DNA of 64,000 nucleotides from Nitrospirota bacterium (GTDB lineage Bacteria > Nitrospirota > UBA9217). The notes under the pieces are model-generated. The model saw nothing but the letters and a program-made list of their open reading frames with translations, did not search any database and had not been told where the DNA came from. This document shows, in pieces, positions 9,725 through 19,818 of this stretch. The first letter of the stretch is position 1. Each line of letters opens with the position of its first letter. The stretch lies in contig CAVTRN010000001.1 in assembly GCA_963737155.1 (NCBI GenBank), positions 480,001 to 544,000 on the forward strand. The letters run 5' to 3'. Both the position numbers and the translations under genes were made by a program.

Positions 9725-10483
9725 TTTCCCTGTCCTAGCTGCTAAAATTCAGTTATCTAACAATGGTTTTATTTATAATGCTGGGCAACTGGTGAATACG
9801 CATGATGCGTTTTGGGCCGCAGGTGTAAAAAAAAGCGATGCCGATCAGGCACACGAATTTGGGATTGCGCAAAAAAGCTAAATTAAGGGGAATACAGGAA
9901 GTGCGGTTGTCAGCCGGCCGGGCACAAAGAAGCGGAACTCGATACCTATGGAGGAGAAAATGCCAGAAGAGCCTACTTCGCAACGGCACTTTCTCATCAG
10001 CTGCAAAATTCACAGACCCGTCGCTCAAAAACGGTATAACTGCTGACGGGGCGAATGCACGAGCCTCGTGAAAAAAGAAAAGGAACCCAGAGCACTCGGC
10101 TTATCCCATACTCATCTCGGCACGGCGAATTCCCTCGAAAAAATTCAGAAAAAAGAGGGCACTCTGGAGCGATCGGGAGCACATGCGGCATCGTATCATT
10201 AAGTTTAAATGCGACGCTTCTATTCGGAAACAAAATGGCTTCCCTTGATTTCGAAAACCGTAGGACAGATGCGGGTAAGGCGCTTATGCAGCCCTTTATC
10301 TCCGAGGTTTTTTATTTCCCTGGTTCAGACAAGGCGGGACAAGAAAAGGCTATTATCGCAGCGGCCGCAGAGAGAGCCGCAATAAGAAAGTAAGATCATT
10401 TAAACTTACCTCCCGTCTCTCTGAGATCCCGGAAACATCATGGCTATCTTCCTCCGCAAGGGAAAAAATTGATGCTTCAGCAA

Positions 10484-11710
10484 CTAATCCGCCTGCCGCC
10501 TGAGGAACGTGGGCCGGTCTAGGTCTTCGTTGTCGATGCCGAGGGCTTCGTTCTTGAAGTCGAAGGCTTCCTGCTTTCGCTTTGGCGTTTCCCCGACCTT
10601 CATGAACTCCTTGAGGTTCGTCGGTCGCTTCACGCGCTCCCGGATCCCCGCTTCGTCGAATCCCGTTGCGATCACTGTGACCATCACCTCTTCGCTCATG
10701 ACCGGGTTAATCACGGCCCCGAAGATGATGTTCGCGCCTGGATCAACCTCTTGCTTGATGATCGCTGTCGCCTCGTTCAACTCGTAGATACCCAAATCGT
10801 TTCCGCCGGTGACGTTGATCAGTACGCCGCGGGCGCCTTTAATGGAGCCGTCCTCGAGCAGCGGGCTTGCAATTGCCTTCTGCGCCGCATCGATAGCCCG
10901 GCTCTCGCCCCGTCCGATCCCTGTACCCATGACCGCCCTACCGCGGCTCGCCATGACGGTTTTAACATCGGCAAAGTCGACGTTCACATATCCAGGAACC
11001 ATGACCACATCGGAAATTCCTTTCACGGCCTGTCCAAGCACACCGTCGGCAAGCTTGAAGGAATCGAGAAGCGTCGTCTTTTTTTCCGCAAGGTTCAAAA
11101 GCCGCTCATTGGGAATCACGATGAGGGCGTCGACGCTCTTCTTCAGCTCATTGATACCTTCTTCGGCCTTATGCATCCGCGCCATCCCCTCGAAGCTGAA
11201 GGGCTTGGTAACAACGCCCACTGCAAGGGCGCCCACTTCCCGCGCAAGGCTCGCAATGATTGGTGCGGCACCCGTGCCTGTGCCGCCGCCCATGCCTGCC
11301 GTGATGAAGACCATGTCGGCCCCTGCAATCGCGGCTTTGATCTTCTCGGCATCCTCGAGCGCCGCGTTTCGTCCGATCTCGGGATTCGCTCCCGCACCCC
11401 GGCCGCAGGTAAGCTTGGAGCCGATCTGGAGTTTAACCGGTGCCCGTGCGAGCTCGAGGGCCTGCATGTCGGTGTTTACAACTATGAACTGCACCCCTTT
11501 TATGTCCGATTGAAACATGGTGCTTACCGCATTGGTGCCGCCACCACCTACGCCTATCACCTTGATGACGGCGGGCAGTCTATCTTCCTCGAACTGAAAC
11601 ATCCCGTGTGCCCCCCTCTCCTCGCCCGATTCCGTTTTGTTTTCCGCATCATGCGTCTTGGCAACGAACTCCATGATATCCTGAAACTCGAAATTGAGCC
11701 TATCGTCCAT
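10484..11710 (-). CDS. ftsZ: Cell division protein FtsZ
   Basis: IKVIGVGGGG, GMGGGTGTG, NVDFADV, C-terminal LDRPTFLRRQAD; alternative start at MFQFEE (11602). Confidence 0.98.
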   Translation of the reverse strand: MDDRLNFEFQDIMEFVAKTHDAENKTESGEERGAHGMFQFEEDRLPAVIKVIGVGGGGTNAVSTMFQSDIKGVQFIVVNTDMQALELARAPVKLQIGSKLTCGRGAGANPEIGRNAALEDAEKIKAAIAGADMVFITAGMGGGTGTGAAPIIASLAREVGALAVGVVTKPFSFEGMARMHKAEEGINELKKSVDALIVIPNERLLNLAEKKTTLLDSFKLADGVLGQAVKGISDVVMVPGYVNVDFADVKTVMASRGRAVMGTGIGRGESRAIDAAQKAIASPLLEDGSIKGARGVLINVTGGNDLGIYELNEATAIIKQEVDPGANIIFGAVINPVMSEEVMVTVIATGFDEAGIRERVKRPTNLKEFMKVGETPKRKQEAFDFKNEALGIDNEDLDRPTFLRRQAD

Positions 11711-11736
11711 ATCACCTCCGGTCCGGGAAACCCGTA

Positions 11737-11872
11737 CAGTTTATTGAGTCTAAAGATTCCATGGGGTCTGCAGACTCCAAAGGTTCGAAGATTCGCAAGA
11801 TTTCCTGAACTCCACAGACATTTATAATCTCTTAAGACTCTTCCGACGTTTAAGACTCGTTATACTCTAAAT
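11737..11872. repeat. Inverted array of degenerate 9-bp tandem repeats (ftsA-ftsZ gap)
   Basis: Left units cagtttatt/gagtctaaa/gattccatg/gggtctgca; right units actccacag/acatttata/actcttccg/acgtttaag/actcgttat/actctaaat. Confidence 0.75.
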
Positions 11873-13090
11873 GTATTCTCCCAGCCATTTCCAGAAACGG
11901 CTTGCCGAACCCCCGCTCCTAAATTTGCGCGGCAATTCCTGCCGATTCTCGGCCCCATAGATCACGAGGCCCACGCCTGTGGCATAGATGGGGCTGTTCA
12001 CGACATCCATTAGGCCGCCAATGTTTCGCGGCGAGCCCTTCCTTATCGGCAGCCCGAGATACCGCTCGGCGGCGTCCTGGACACCCTCCATGAGGGCCGT
12101 TCCCCCGGTGAGCACCACGCCGGACGCAAACATATCTTCGAAGCCCGTTTTCTTGAGACGCTGCTGCACCATACCGAAAAGCTCCTCGACACGTGGTTCG
12201 ATGATCTCGCACAGTATCTGGCGGGAGAGAAGCCGCGGCGGTCTGCCGCCGACGCTCGGAACGTCTAGGGTCTCTTCGTGCTTTACGAGAGACGAAAGGG
12301 CGCAACCGTATTTAATCTTGATCTTTTCAGCCTCCGAAGCAGGAGTGCGCAATCCGATCGCGATATCGTTCGTCAGGTGGTTGCCTCCGATGGGCAGCAC
12401 TTCGGTGTGCCACATACTGCCTTCAAGAAAAAAAGCCAGATCCGTCGTACCGCCACCTATATCGACGACCACAACGCCGAGATTCTGCTCTTCGTCGGTA
12501 AGCACAGCTCTGCTCGATGCCAGCGGCTGGAGCACGAAGTCGCTCACATGCAAACCAGCGCGCGAGCAGCTCTTGACGATGTTTTGGATGGCAGTAACAG
12601 CGCCGGTAATGATGTGGACTTTCACATCAAGCCGTATTCCCGACATCCCGAGGGGGTCCTTGATGCCGTCCTGGTCATCAATGATGAATTCCTGGGGCAA
12701 AACATGGAGAATCTGCTGGTCCGACGGGAAGTTCACCGCTCTCGCTCCATCGATTGCACGAGCCACATCAGCCGGCCCCACCTCCCTGTTTTTGATCGCA
12801 GCCACTCCGCGGGAGTTAATGCCTCTGATGTGACCGCCGGAAATCCCTACGAACACCGAGTTTATCTCGACGCCCGCCATGAGCTCCGCCTCCTGGACTG
12901 CTTTCTTGATCGATTCCACCGTGCTGTCAATGTTGACGACGACGCCTTTTTTCAAGCCATGGGAGGGACTGATCCCGATCCCGATGATGTCTACCTGTCC
13001 GCCGTCCTTTACCTGGCCCACAATGGCGCAAACTTTGGTCGTTCCGAGATCAAGACCGATGAGCACATTATCCGGCTTTTTTTTCGCCAC
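11867..13090 (-). CDS. ftsA: Cell division protein FtsA
   Basis: GLDLGTTKV, VDIGGGTTD, VVLTGG, SPIYATGVGL. Confidence 0.98.
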   Translation of the reverse strand: MAKKKPDNVLIGLDLGTTKVCAIVGQVKDGGQVDIIGIGISPSHGLKKGVVVNIDSTVESIKKAVQEAELMAGVEINSVFVGISGGHIRGINSRGVAAIKNREVGPADVARAIDGARAVNFPSDQQILHVLPQEFIIDDQDGIKDPLGMSGIRLDVKVHIITGAVTAIQNIVKSCSRAGLHVSDFVLQPLASSRAVLTDEEQNLGVVVVDIGGGTTDLAFFLEGSMWHTEVLPIGGNHLTNDIAIGLRTPASEAEKIKIKYGCALSSLVKHEETLDVPSVGGRPPRLLSRQILCEIIEPRVEELFGMVQQRLKKTGFEDMFASGVVLTGGTALMEGVQDAAERYLGLPIRKGSPRNIGGLMDVVNSPIYATGVGLVIYGAENRQELPRKFRSGGSASRFWKWLGEYI

Positions 13091-13111
13091 GGCACACCCC
13101 CGAATAAGACA

Positions 13112-13184
13112 AGTTCAGAGTATAAGAGCTCAAAGTACAAGGAAGCTGCAGCATTACCGTCTCTTCATTTTGTACTCTGAACTA
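13112..13184. repeat. Inverted array of 7-bp repeats (ftsQ-ftsA gap)
   Basis: agttcag/agtataag/agctcaa/agtacaa ... ttcattt/tgtactc/tgaacta; 13/14-bp inverted match between 13112-13125 and 13170-13183. Confidence 0.75.
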
Positions 13185-13185
13185 T

Positions 13186-14040
13186 TTACTGCGTTTTTTT
13201 CACCATCACTGCCACCTGCCGCTCGGGGCGCAGGTCCACATAAGCGATGTCCACGCCACGCTGATTCACATCCGCCATGACTTCGGCCAGTCTGCGAAGC
13301 TTTTCGCCATAGCGACCGCTGCCGATTTTGAATTGACAGCCACCATAGAGCACCGTTAGCGTCTCGGGAGAATCGGCGTTCACCGTCACATTGGGTAATT
13401 GCCAGCCGCCCCGGGTCGAAATCTCGGCGATAAGCTCCATTGCCTCGGGCAAACCTTCGGCAGTCACCTCTTCACCGGGACGGGCGCGATAGCCCCTGAT
13501 CGCGATAACCGGAAGCGGCCATGCCGTAGCCTGCTCCTTTGGAAGTTGTTCTATGACGACACCCTCACCATCCAGCAGATAGTGTACCGCGCCCGTATCC
13601 AGAATGGCGACGGGGGTTCGCTCGGTAAAGACCATGGTTATCCGGTTCGGCAGCCGCCGGTAAATCCGGGCTTCCTTGACCCAAGGGTTTCCTTCGGCGC
13701 GTTTTACCGCGGCCGAAAGGTTTACACGGAAAATGTTCTGCCCCGTAAAGACGCCGACGATGTCCTTGAGATCCTGATCGCTCAGCTGCTTTACTCCCTT
13801 GATATCAACGCCGGATATGACGAAAAAATCGGCATGCATGATGGCCCGGTAAGCCTGCCACGCCAGGACCCCTCCTACGGCAAGCATAAGAACAATCATC
13901 ACGTTCAGGAGGATGTTCGTGAATTCGGCCGTGCTTTTTCGTGGCCAGGCGGCCCGGTCCGTCCGAACCCGCTTCAGGACTGTCCTCTTTGTCTCTCCGC
14001 TGTACGATCTCGGGACCTTTATGTTCTTGTAGTCTCTCAT
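13186..14040 (-). CDS. ftsQ: Cell division protein FtsQ/DivIB
   Basis: Single TM, POTRA (PWVKEARIYRRLPNRI...ERTPVA), C-terminal YVDLR; dcw position. Confidence 0.92.
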   Translation of the reverse strand: MRDYKNIKVPRSYSGETKRTVLKRVRTDRAAWPRKSTAEFTNILLNVMIVLMLAVGGVLAWQAYRAIMHADFFVISGVDIKGVKQLSDQDLKDIVGVFTGQNIFRVNLSAAVKRAEGNPWVKEARIYRRLPNRITMVFTERTPVAILDTGAVHYLLDGEGVVIEQLPKEQATAWPLPVIAIRGYRARPGEEVTAEGLPEAMELIAEISTRGGWQLPNVTVNADSPETLTVLYGGCQFKIGSGRYGEKLRRLAEVMADVNQRGVDIAYVDLRPERQVAVMVKKTQ

Positions 14041-14042
14041 GC

Positions 14043-14123
14043 GATTTCAGATTCCAGACCTTTGAGGGCGAATTGAGAAATCACAAATTCCCTCCAATCC
14101 GCAACCCCAAACCGGCAATCATT
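14043..14123. repeat. Inverted array of 7-bp repeats (ddl-ftsQ gap)
   Basis: gatttca/gattcca ... aatccgc/aacccca/aaccggc/aatcatt. Confidence 0.6.
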
Positions 14124-15042
14124 ATTTACCTTCAACAGCCAGGCGCAAGATTTCCTCGACAAGGTCGGGGAAGGAAATCCCCGATCCTTTTGCTATTTCC
14201 GGCAGCAGACTCGTCGCCGTCATGCCAGGAAGTGTGTTTACTTCGAGGACAGATGGCGCGCCGCTGTCGTCAACAATGAAATCGACCCTGCTGTACCCCC
14301 GGCACCCGATGGCCCGGTGCGCGACAAGGCCCGCTTCGAGCGTTCTCGCATACGTGCCTTCCGGAATCCGCGCCGGGAAGAAATGGTCGGACATGCCCTG
14401 CTCATATTTTGCAGCGTAATCGTAGAAGGCGCGCTTCGGCACGATTTCGATGGCGCCTAGTGCACGTTCACCGAGAATGCCAACCTGTACTTCCTTGCCT
14501 TTGATGAATTTTTCGATCAGGATCTCATCGCCGTATTTGAAAGCGAGGTCTAATGCGGGCGCTATGTCCTCTTTTTTAAAAACCAAGCTCACTCCCACGC
14601 TCGAGCCCTCTGCATGGGGCTTGACCACAACGGGATATTTGATCTTCTCAAGGACAGAGGCTACCCTGCCGGCATCGCCCGAATAAACGACCTCGTAAGG
14701 TCCTACAAGAAGGCCCTGGGATCGGAATACCTGCTTCGAAACGGTCTTATTCATACCAAGAGCGCTCGCGAGAATCCCTGAACCCGTATAGGGAATACCC
14801 ATCACTTCAAGCATGCCCTGAATCGCGCCGTCTTCTCCGAACCGGCCATGAAGAGCGAGAAAAGCCAGTTCGATACCATGCTTGTGGATTTGCTCCGCTG
14901 CGTCCCTCCCCACGTCGACAACAACAGGATGATATCCTTTACCCTTTAGCGCGTTCAGGATCGCTTTACCGCTCGCGAGCGAGACTTCCCGCTCTGACGA
15001 CAGTCCACCCATGAGAACGCCGATTTTTTTATTCGTCACCAT
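14122..15042 (-). CDS. ddl: D-alanine--D-alanine ligase
   Basis: GGLSSEREVSL, LHGRFGEDG, EGSSVGV, YDYAAKY, LEVNTLPGMT. Confidence 0.98.
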   Translation of the reverse strand: MVTNKKIGVLMGGLSSEREVSLASGKAILNALKGKGYHPVVVDVGRDAAEQIHKHGIELAFLALHGRFGEDGAIQGMLEVMGIPYTGSGILASALGMNKTVSKQVFRSQGLLVGPYEVVYSGDAGRVASVLEKIKYPVVVKPHAEGSSVGVSLVFKKEDIAPALDLAFKYGDEILIEKFIKGKEVQVGILGERALGAIEIVPKRAFYDYAAKYEQGMSDHFFPARIPEGTYARTLEAGLVAHRAIGCRGYSRVDFIVDDSGAPSVLEVNTLPGMTATSLLPEIAKGSGISFPDLVEEILRLAVEGK

Positions 15043-15065
15043 GCCCGGATCCTTATCTGTCCAGA

Positions 15066-15149
15066 GGGTCTTTTGAGTTCATTGAGTCTGAAGAGCGCCA
15101 CTATCAACTCGTAAGACACATGGAACTCGTTGACTCTCGAAACCCACTA
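15066..15149. repeat. Inverted array of 9-bp repeats (murB-ddl gap)
   Basis: gggtctttt/gagttcatt/gagtctgaa/gagcg ... actcgtaag/acacatgga/actcgttg/actctcgaa. Confidence 0.75.
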
Positions 15150-16055
15150 ATCTTCTCCGATAATTTTAATCTCCGGCTCAAGTCGTATGCCATGGACCTC
15201 GAGCACGGTCTTAATCACCATTTCCATAAGCGCCAGCACTTGGGCAGCGGTAGCTTTGCCTCTGTTCACGATGAAGTTTGTATGCTTTTCCGATACCTGG
15301 GCGTCACCAACAGACTTCCCCTTGAGCCCAGCTGAATCAATAAGTTTTCCCGCCGATTCCTCCTGCGGATTTTTGAACATTGAGCCCGCGCTCGGCAGTC
15401 CCAGGGGCTGCTGCTTATGTCTCTTATCCAGAAGCCCTTTGACCCGCGCCTGGATCCTGCCTTTATCCTCGTGGCGAAGAACGATCCGCGCTTCAGTCAC
15501 GAGATGCCCTTCCGGTATCAAGGAGGTACGATAGCCGAATCCCATCTCCTCACTTCCGCGGGAAATGAGTTCCCCCTCGGGTGACAGCATGATCACCGAT
15601 TCTACAACATCGCCGATTTCTCCAGAGGCGGTTCCGGCATTCATGCAAATCGCCCCCCCGACCGTGCCCGGAATGCCTGTGGCGAACTCCATCCCCGCGA
15701 GGCCCGCTTCTACGGCAAATGAGAGAAGCTTCGCCAGGGAAGCTCCCGCTTCCACACGAACCACGGCGAAGGCCCCTCCGATTGACCGGTATTCCCTTTC
15801 AATTCTGATAGTGTTCATTCGCTGCAGGCTTACTGCCGCGCCGCGGAAACCGCCGTCCCGCACCAGCAGGTTCGTGCCGCCGCCGAGGATAAAGTAGTTA
15901 ATTCCCTGCCTTCTGATTTCTTTAAGCACCGTGATGAGATCATCCCCGTCCGCAGGGTACACCAGTATATCGGCAGGCCCTCCGATGCCGAAGGAGGTGT
16001 GCCTGCTCAATGGTTCGTTCCGCTTGAGTTCGCCTCGCAGGTTATTAATTTCCAC
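15147..16055 (-). CDS. murB: UDP-N-acetylmuramate dehydrogenase
   Basis: [41 protein letters not shown]. Confidence 0.98.
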   Translation of the reverse strand: MEINNLRGELKRNEPLSRHTSFGIGGPADILVYPADGDDLITVLKEIRRQGINYFILGGGTNLLVRDGGFRGAAVSLQRMNTIRIEREYRSIGGAFAVVRVEAGASLAKLLSFAVEAGLAGMEFATGIPGTVGGAICMNAGTASGEIGDVVESVIMLSPEGELISRGSEEMGFGYRTSLIPEGHLVTEARIVLRHEDKGRIQARVKGLLDKRHKQQPLGLPSAGSMFKNPQEESAGKLIDSAGLKGKSVGDAQVSEKHTNFIVNRGKATAAQVLALMEMVIKTVLEVHGIRLEPEIKIIGED

Positions 16056-17421
16056 GCTTCAGTTTCTCCACAATGTGCTCGCCGATTTTCCAGACGTCGC
16101 CCGCGCCGAGGGTGATCATCAGATCGCCCTTCTTCAGCACGCCGACCATATAGTCCGCGATTTTTTCCTTGTCAGGAAGGTAGGTCACGTCCTTGTGACC
16201 GTGCTTCTTGATTCCTTCATAGAGCACCTCTCCCGACACGCCTGGGATCGGCTTCTCCCCTGCCGCATAAATATCCATGACGATCAGCTTGTCCGCCTGG
16301 TTGAAGGCGGTGAAGAATTCCTCGAGCAGATGTCGAGTCCTCGTATACCGGTGCGGCTGGAACACAACCACGACCCTTCGCTCCATGCCCGACGCGGCTG
16401 CCGCGAGAGTGGCTTTCACTTCGGTAGGATGATGGCCGTAATCATCGACCACGATGATGCCCTTCGCCTCACCCTTGACCTGAAACCGGCGCTGGACGCC
16501 GCTGAATTCCCTGAGCGCCTTCCTGATGACCTCGAAGTCAATCTCCAATTCGCGGGCAACGGCAATTGCCGCGAGACTGTTGTTGATATTATGGACGCCG
16601 GGCACCGCAAGCTCGAACAAGCCGACGTCCTGATTATGATGAAGCACCCTGAATGTCGATCCCAGCGAACGGAGCGATATATCGCGAGCCTGGTAATCGG
16701 CCTGAGTGCTCATGCCGTAAGTCTGATACCGCTTCTGGATCGAGGGAATAAGCTCCTGGATGTGCGGCTGGTCCAGACAAAGGATCGCGACTCCATAAAA
16801 AGGGACCTTGTTGATAAAGGCGAGAAAGGCGTCCTTGATCTCGTCGATGTCCTTATAATAGTCCAGGTGCTCGGCATCGATCGTCGTAACAACGGCAATT
16901 GTGGGCGAGAGCTTGAGAAAGCTTCCGTCGCTCTCATCCGCCTCGGCAACGAGAAACTCGCCCTGCCCGAGCTTCGCGTTCGTGCCTAGGCTGTTCAACT
17001 TTCCCCCGATCACGACGGTGGGATCGATGCCGCCCGCAGCGAGCACCGTGGAAACCATCGAGGTCGTCGTGGTCTTGCCATGGGCGCCCGCGATGGCGAC
17101 GCCGTACTTGAGTCGCATGAGTTCAGCAAGCATTTCTGCCCGTGGTATCACAGGAACCTGCTTCTCCCGTGCGGCCACCACTTCCACGTTGTCTCTCTTA
17201 ACAGCAGAGGAAATAACGACCACGTGGGGCGTCGTTATGTTTTCGCCGCGGTGCCCTATGTATATCTCTCCCCCGAGTGTCCTAAGCCGCTCCGTAATGT
17301 CCGACTCCTTCAAATCGGAGCCCGAAACCCGGTACCCCAGGTTCAGAAGCACTTCGGCGATGCCACTCATGCCGATTCCTCCAATGCCGACAAAATGAAT
17401 ATGTTTAATCCGCTTGAACAT
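16045..17421 (-). CDS. murC: UDP-N-acetylmuramate--L-alanine ligase
   Basis: [43 protein letters not shown]. Confidence 0.98.
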   Translation of the reverse strand: MFKRIKHIHFVGIGGIGMSGIAEVLLNLGYRVSGSDLKESDITERLRTLGGEIYIGHRGENITTPHVVVISSAVKRDNVEVVAAREKQVPVIPRAEMLAELMRLKYGVAIAGAHGKTTTTSMVSTVLAAGGIDPTVVIGGKLNSLGTNAKLGQGEFLVAEADESDGSFLKLSPTIAVVTTIDAEHLDYYKDIDEIKDAFLAFINKVPFYGVAILCLDQPHIQELIPSIQKRYQTYGMSTQADYQARDISLRSLGSTFRVLHHNQDVGLFELAVPGVHNINNSLAAIAVARELEIDFEVIRKALREFSGVQRRFQVKGEAKGIIVVDDYGHHPTEVKATLAAAASGMERRVVVVFQPHRYTRTRHLLEEFFTAFNQADKLIVMDIYAAGEKPIPGVSGEVLYEGIKKHGHKDVTYLPDKEKIADYMVGVLKKGDLMITLGAGDVWKIGEHIVEKLKRGN

Positions 17422-18487
17422 AGTTTCGACAAATCCTCGCAATTTTCTCCGCCGCCTGGTTATCCATCCGTGGGACCAGAGACGAACCGACGTCGGGGTC
17501 GGCATGTTTTTTTATCATCTCCGCAAGCTTTTCCGCGGTCAGATCCTTCTGAACAATAATGACCGCGGCGCCGCGATCAACCAGTGCCCTCGCGTTATGC
17601 TCCTGGTGATTGTCTGCTGCATAAGGAAACGGGATGAGCAACGCTCTCTTGCCGCAAACCGCAAGTTCCGCCACCGTAGTCGCCCCGGAACGGGAGACCA
17701 CGAGGTCGGCGACGGCATACGCCCCCGCCATGTCATGAATGTACGGAAGCACCACCGCCTTCACGCCTGATTCCCGGTAACCCGCGGATACGTCGGCCAC
17801 ATCTTTCTCGCCGGTCTGGTGCAGAATCTGCAGCAACCTCATGTCCCGCAAGTACGCGGCTGCCTGTTTCATTGCCATGTTGATGGCATGAGCCCCGCCG
17901 CTGCCTCCCATGACAAACACCGTGAATTTCCCCGGGTCGAGACCGAAGTCGGCAAGCGCCTTGCTTCGGTCCCCATCTTCGATTTCTTTCCTGACCAGCG
18001 GTCCCATCAGCTCTGTCCTCCCTGGCGGGAAAAACCGTTGTGCGGCCGTTCCCGGAAAGGAGAGAACAATTTTGTTCGCCAGTTTTCCGAGCTTTCTGTT
18101 TGCGAGCCCGGCATAAGAGTTCGGTTCCACGATGACAAGTGGTATTCGGAGACCCAGCGCCGCGAGCGCGACAGGCCCCGATGAGTAACCACCCACGCCG
18201 ATCACGACATCAGGTCGGATTTCAAAAAGTAACGTCAGCGCCTGTACCAGGCTCCGCGGCAGCGTAATCACCGTCCTGAGAATCGCCGAGAACATCATGC
18301 CCTTCAATTTCCCGACCGCAATGAAACGGACGGGAAGGCCTTCCCGAGGAAGGACTTTCGCCTCAATCCCCTGCTTGGTGCCGATGAATATCACTTCATC
18401 GCCGGGCTCCCTCAGCACTTCTCGCGCTATGGCGATCCCCGGGTACAAATGGCCGCCTGTTCCGCCTCCCGCGATGACGACCTTCAT
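17405..18487 (-). CDS. murG: Undecaprenyldiphospho-muramoylpentapeptide GlcNAc transferase
   Basis: [35 protein letters not shown]. Confidence 0.97.
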   Translation of the reverse strand: MKVVIAGGGTGGHLYPGIAIAREVLREPGDEVIFIGTKQGIEAKVLPREGLPVRFIAVGKLKGMMFSAILRTVITLPRSLVQALTLLFEIRPDVVIGVGGYSSGPVALAALGLRIPLVIVEPNSYAGLANRKLGKLANKIVLSFPGTAAQRFFPPGRTELMGPLVRKEIEDGDRSKALADFGLDPGKFTVFVMGGSGGAHAINMAMKQAAAYLRDMRLLQILHQTGEKDVADVSAGYRESGVKAVVLPYIHDMAGAYAVADLVVSRSGATTVAELAVCGKRALLIPFPYAADNHQEHNARALVDRGAAVIIVQKDLTAEKLAEMIKKHADPDVGSSLVPRMDNQAAEKIARICRNYVQAD

Positions 18488-18601
18488 CTTCTGCAGCCCG
18501 GCAAGCTTGCATTGCCGCGGAGACAGGAATCGTAGGAAACCGCTGAAATTTGATTTTGCATTTCTCAACGACCTTGGTGCTCTTCACCATAATATTTCAT
18601 C

Positions 18602-19714
18602 TCAAGCGGTATCCTTTGAGATATTCAAAAGCACTCCCAGCGCTCCGAGAGTGATCACCAGAGAAGAGCCACCATAGCTCACGAGCGGAAGCGCGATCCC
18701 CTTCGTGGGCAGAAGACCGGTCACCACCGCCATGTTAATCGCGCCCTGTAAACAGATCAGGAGCGTCGTTCCCAGGGCCAGGAACCTGCTGAACGGGTCT
18801 CCCGATGCCAGCGAAATTTTCACGCCCCTCCACAGAATGATGAGAAAGAGCGCTATCACTACCAGCGCCCCGATTAGGCCGAGCTCCTCGCCGATCACGG
18901 CATAAATAAAATCGGAATGCCGCTCCGGCAGGAACAGTAGCTTTTGGCGTCCCTCGCCAAGACCACGGCCGAATACGCCTCCGCTGCCAAAGGCAATAAA
19001 TGACTGAATGATCTGGTAACCAGCCCCACCCTGATCTTCCCAAGGATTCAGGAATGCCGTAATCCTTCGCCAGCGATAGGCCTTATGAACAACGGCGACG
19101 ACGACGAACGGAAGTGCCGCAAGAACCGTTCCGCCGAGGTGGAGTACATTTGCTCCCCCGGCGAAAAGCATGATGCCAGCCACGCCAGCGATCGTAATGG
19201 CCGAACCGAAGTCAGGTTGGAGCGCTGCGAGAACCAGAAACAACGCCGTAATCACATAGGCCGGAACCAGACCGTGCTTAAAGTCCCGGATGCGGTCGCC
19301 TTTTTTGGCCATGAAGTAGCTCAGGTACACGACGAGCGTAAACTTGGCGAGTTCCGACGGCTGAAAGGACAGCATGCCGAGCCGGAGCCAGCGCCGGGAC
19401 CCATTGATCATCCGGCCGATGCCGGGAACGAGTGTTGCCCCGAAGAGCATCAATGAAACCACGAGAAGAATGAGCGCCACGCGCTGCTTTGATAAATGAC
19501 AGTGGTCAACACGCATCGTAATTGCCATCAGTCCAAGACCCAAAAGGGTCCACATCAACTGACGTTTCATGAAGAATTGCGTGTCGTTGTACTCTGTAAG
19601 TGCAACAACGCTACTGGCGCTGTAAACCATCACCACGCTGATCACAAGCAGCGTGAAAATAGCGAACAGCAGCAACCCGTCGTATGATCCTCTATGATTT
19701 ATAACGTTCTGCAT
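18602..19714 (-). CDS. ftsW: SEDS peptidoglycan polymerase FtsW
   Basis: GSRRWL, FQPSELAK, QPDFG, LPERHSDFI, LPLVSYGGSS; start uncertain. Confidence 0.96.
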   Translation of the reverse strand: MQNVINHRGSYDGLLLFAIFTLLVISVVMVYSASSVVALTEYNDTQFFMKRQLMWTLLGLGLMAITMRVDHCHLSKQRVALILLVVSLMLFGATLVPGIGRMINGSRRWLRLGMLSFQPSELAKFTLVVYLSYFMAKKGDRIRDFKHGLVPAYVITALFLVLAALQPDFGSAITIAGVAGIMLFAGGANVLHLGGTVLAALPFVVVAVVHKAYRWRRITAFLNPWEDQGGAGYQIIQSFIAFGSGGVFGRGLGEGRQKLLFLPERHSDFIYAVIGEELGLIGALVVIALFLIILWRGVKISLASGDPFSRFLALGTTLLICLQGAINMAVVTGLLPTKGIALPLVSYGGSSLVITLGALGVLLNISKDTA

Positions 19715-19723
19715 ATCATAAAT

Positions 19724-19818
19724 GGGTCTATGGAGTTCATTGAGTAAAGAGAACAAAAAATGCTGCCGTTGTTTACTTCTTGACTTTATGGACTCTTAAG
19801 ACTCTACAGACTCTTTAC
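19724..19818. repeat. Inverted array of 9-bp repeats (murD-ftsW gap)
   Basis: gggtctatg/gagttcatt/gagtaaaga ... acttcttg/actttatgg/actcttaag/actctacag/actctttac; shares the exact 13-mer gagttcattgagt with the 15075 copy. Confidence 0.8.

Noticed and set aside
9840-9930. c-di-GMP-I riboswitch-like words (cgcaaa...gcta...gtcagcc)
   Set aside because: The P2 GNRA hairpin and P1 pairing could not be built.
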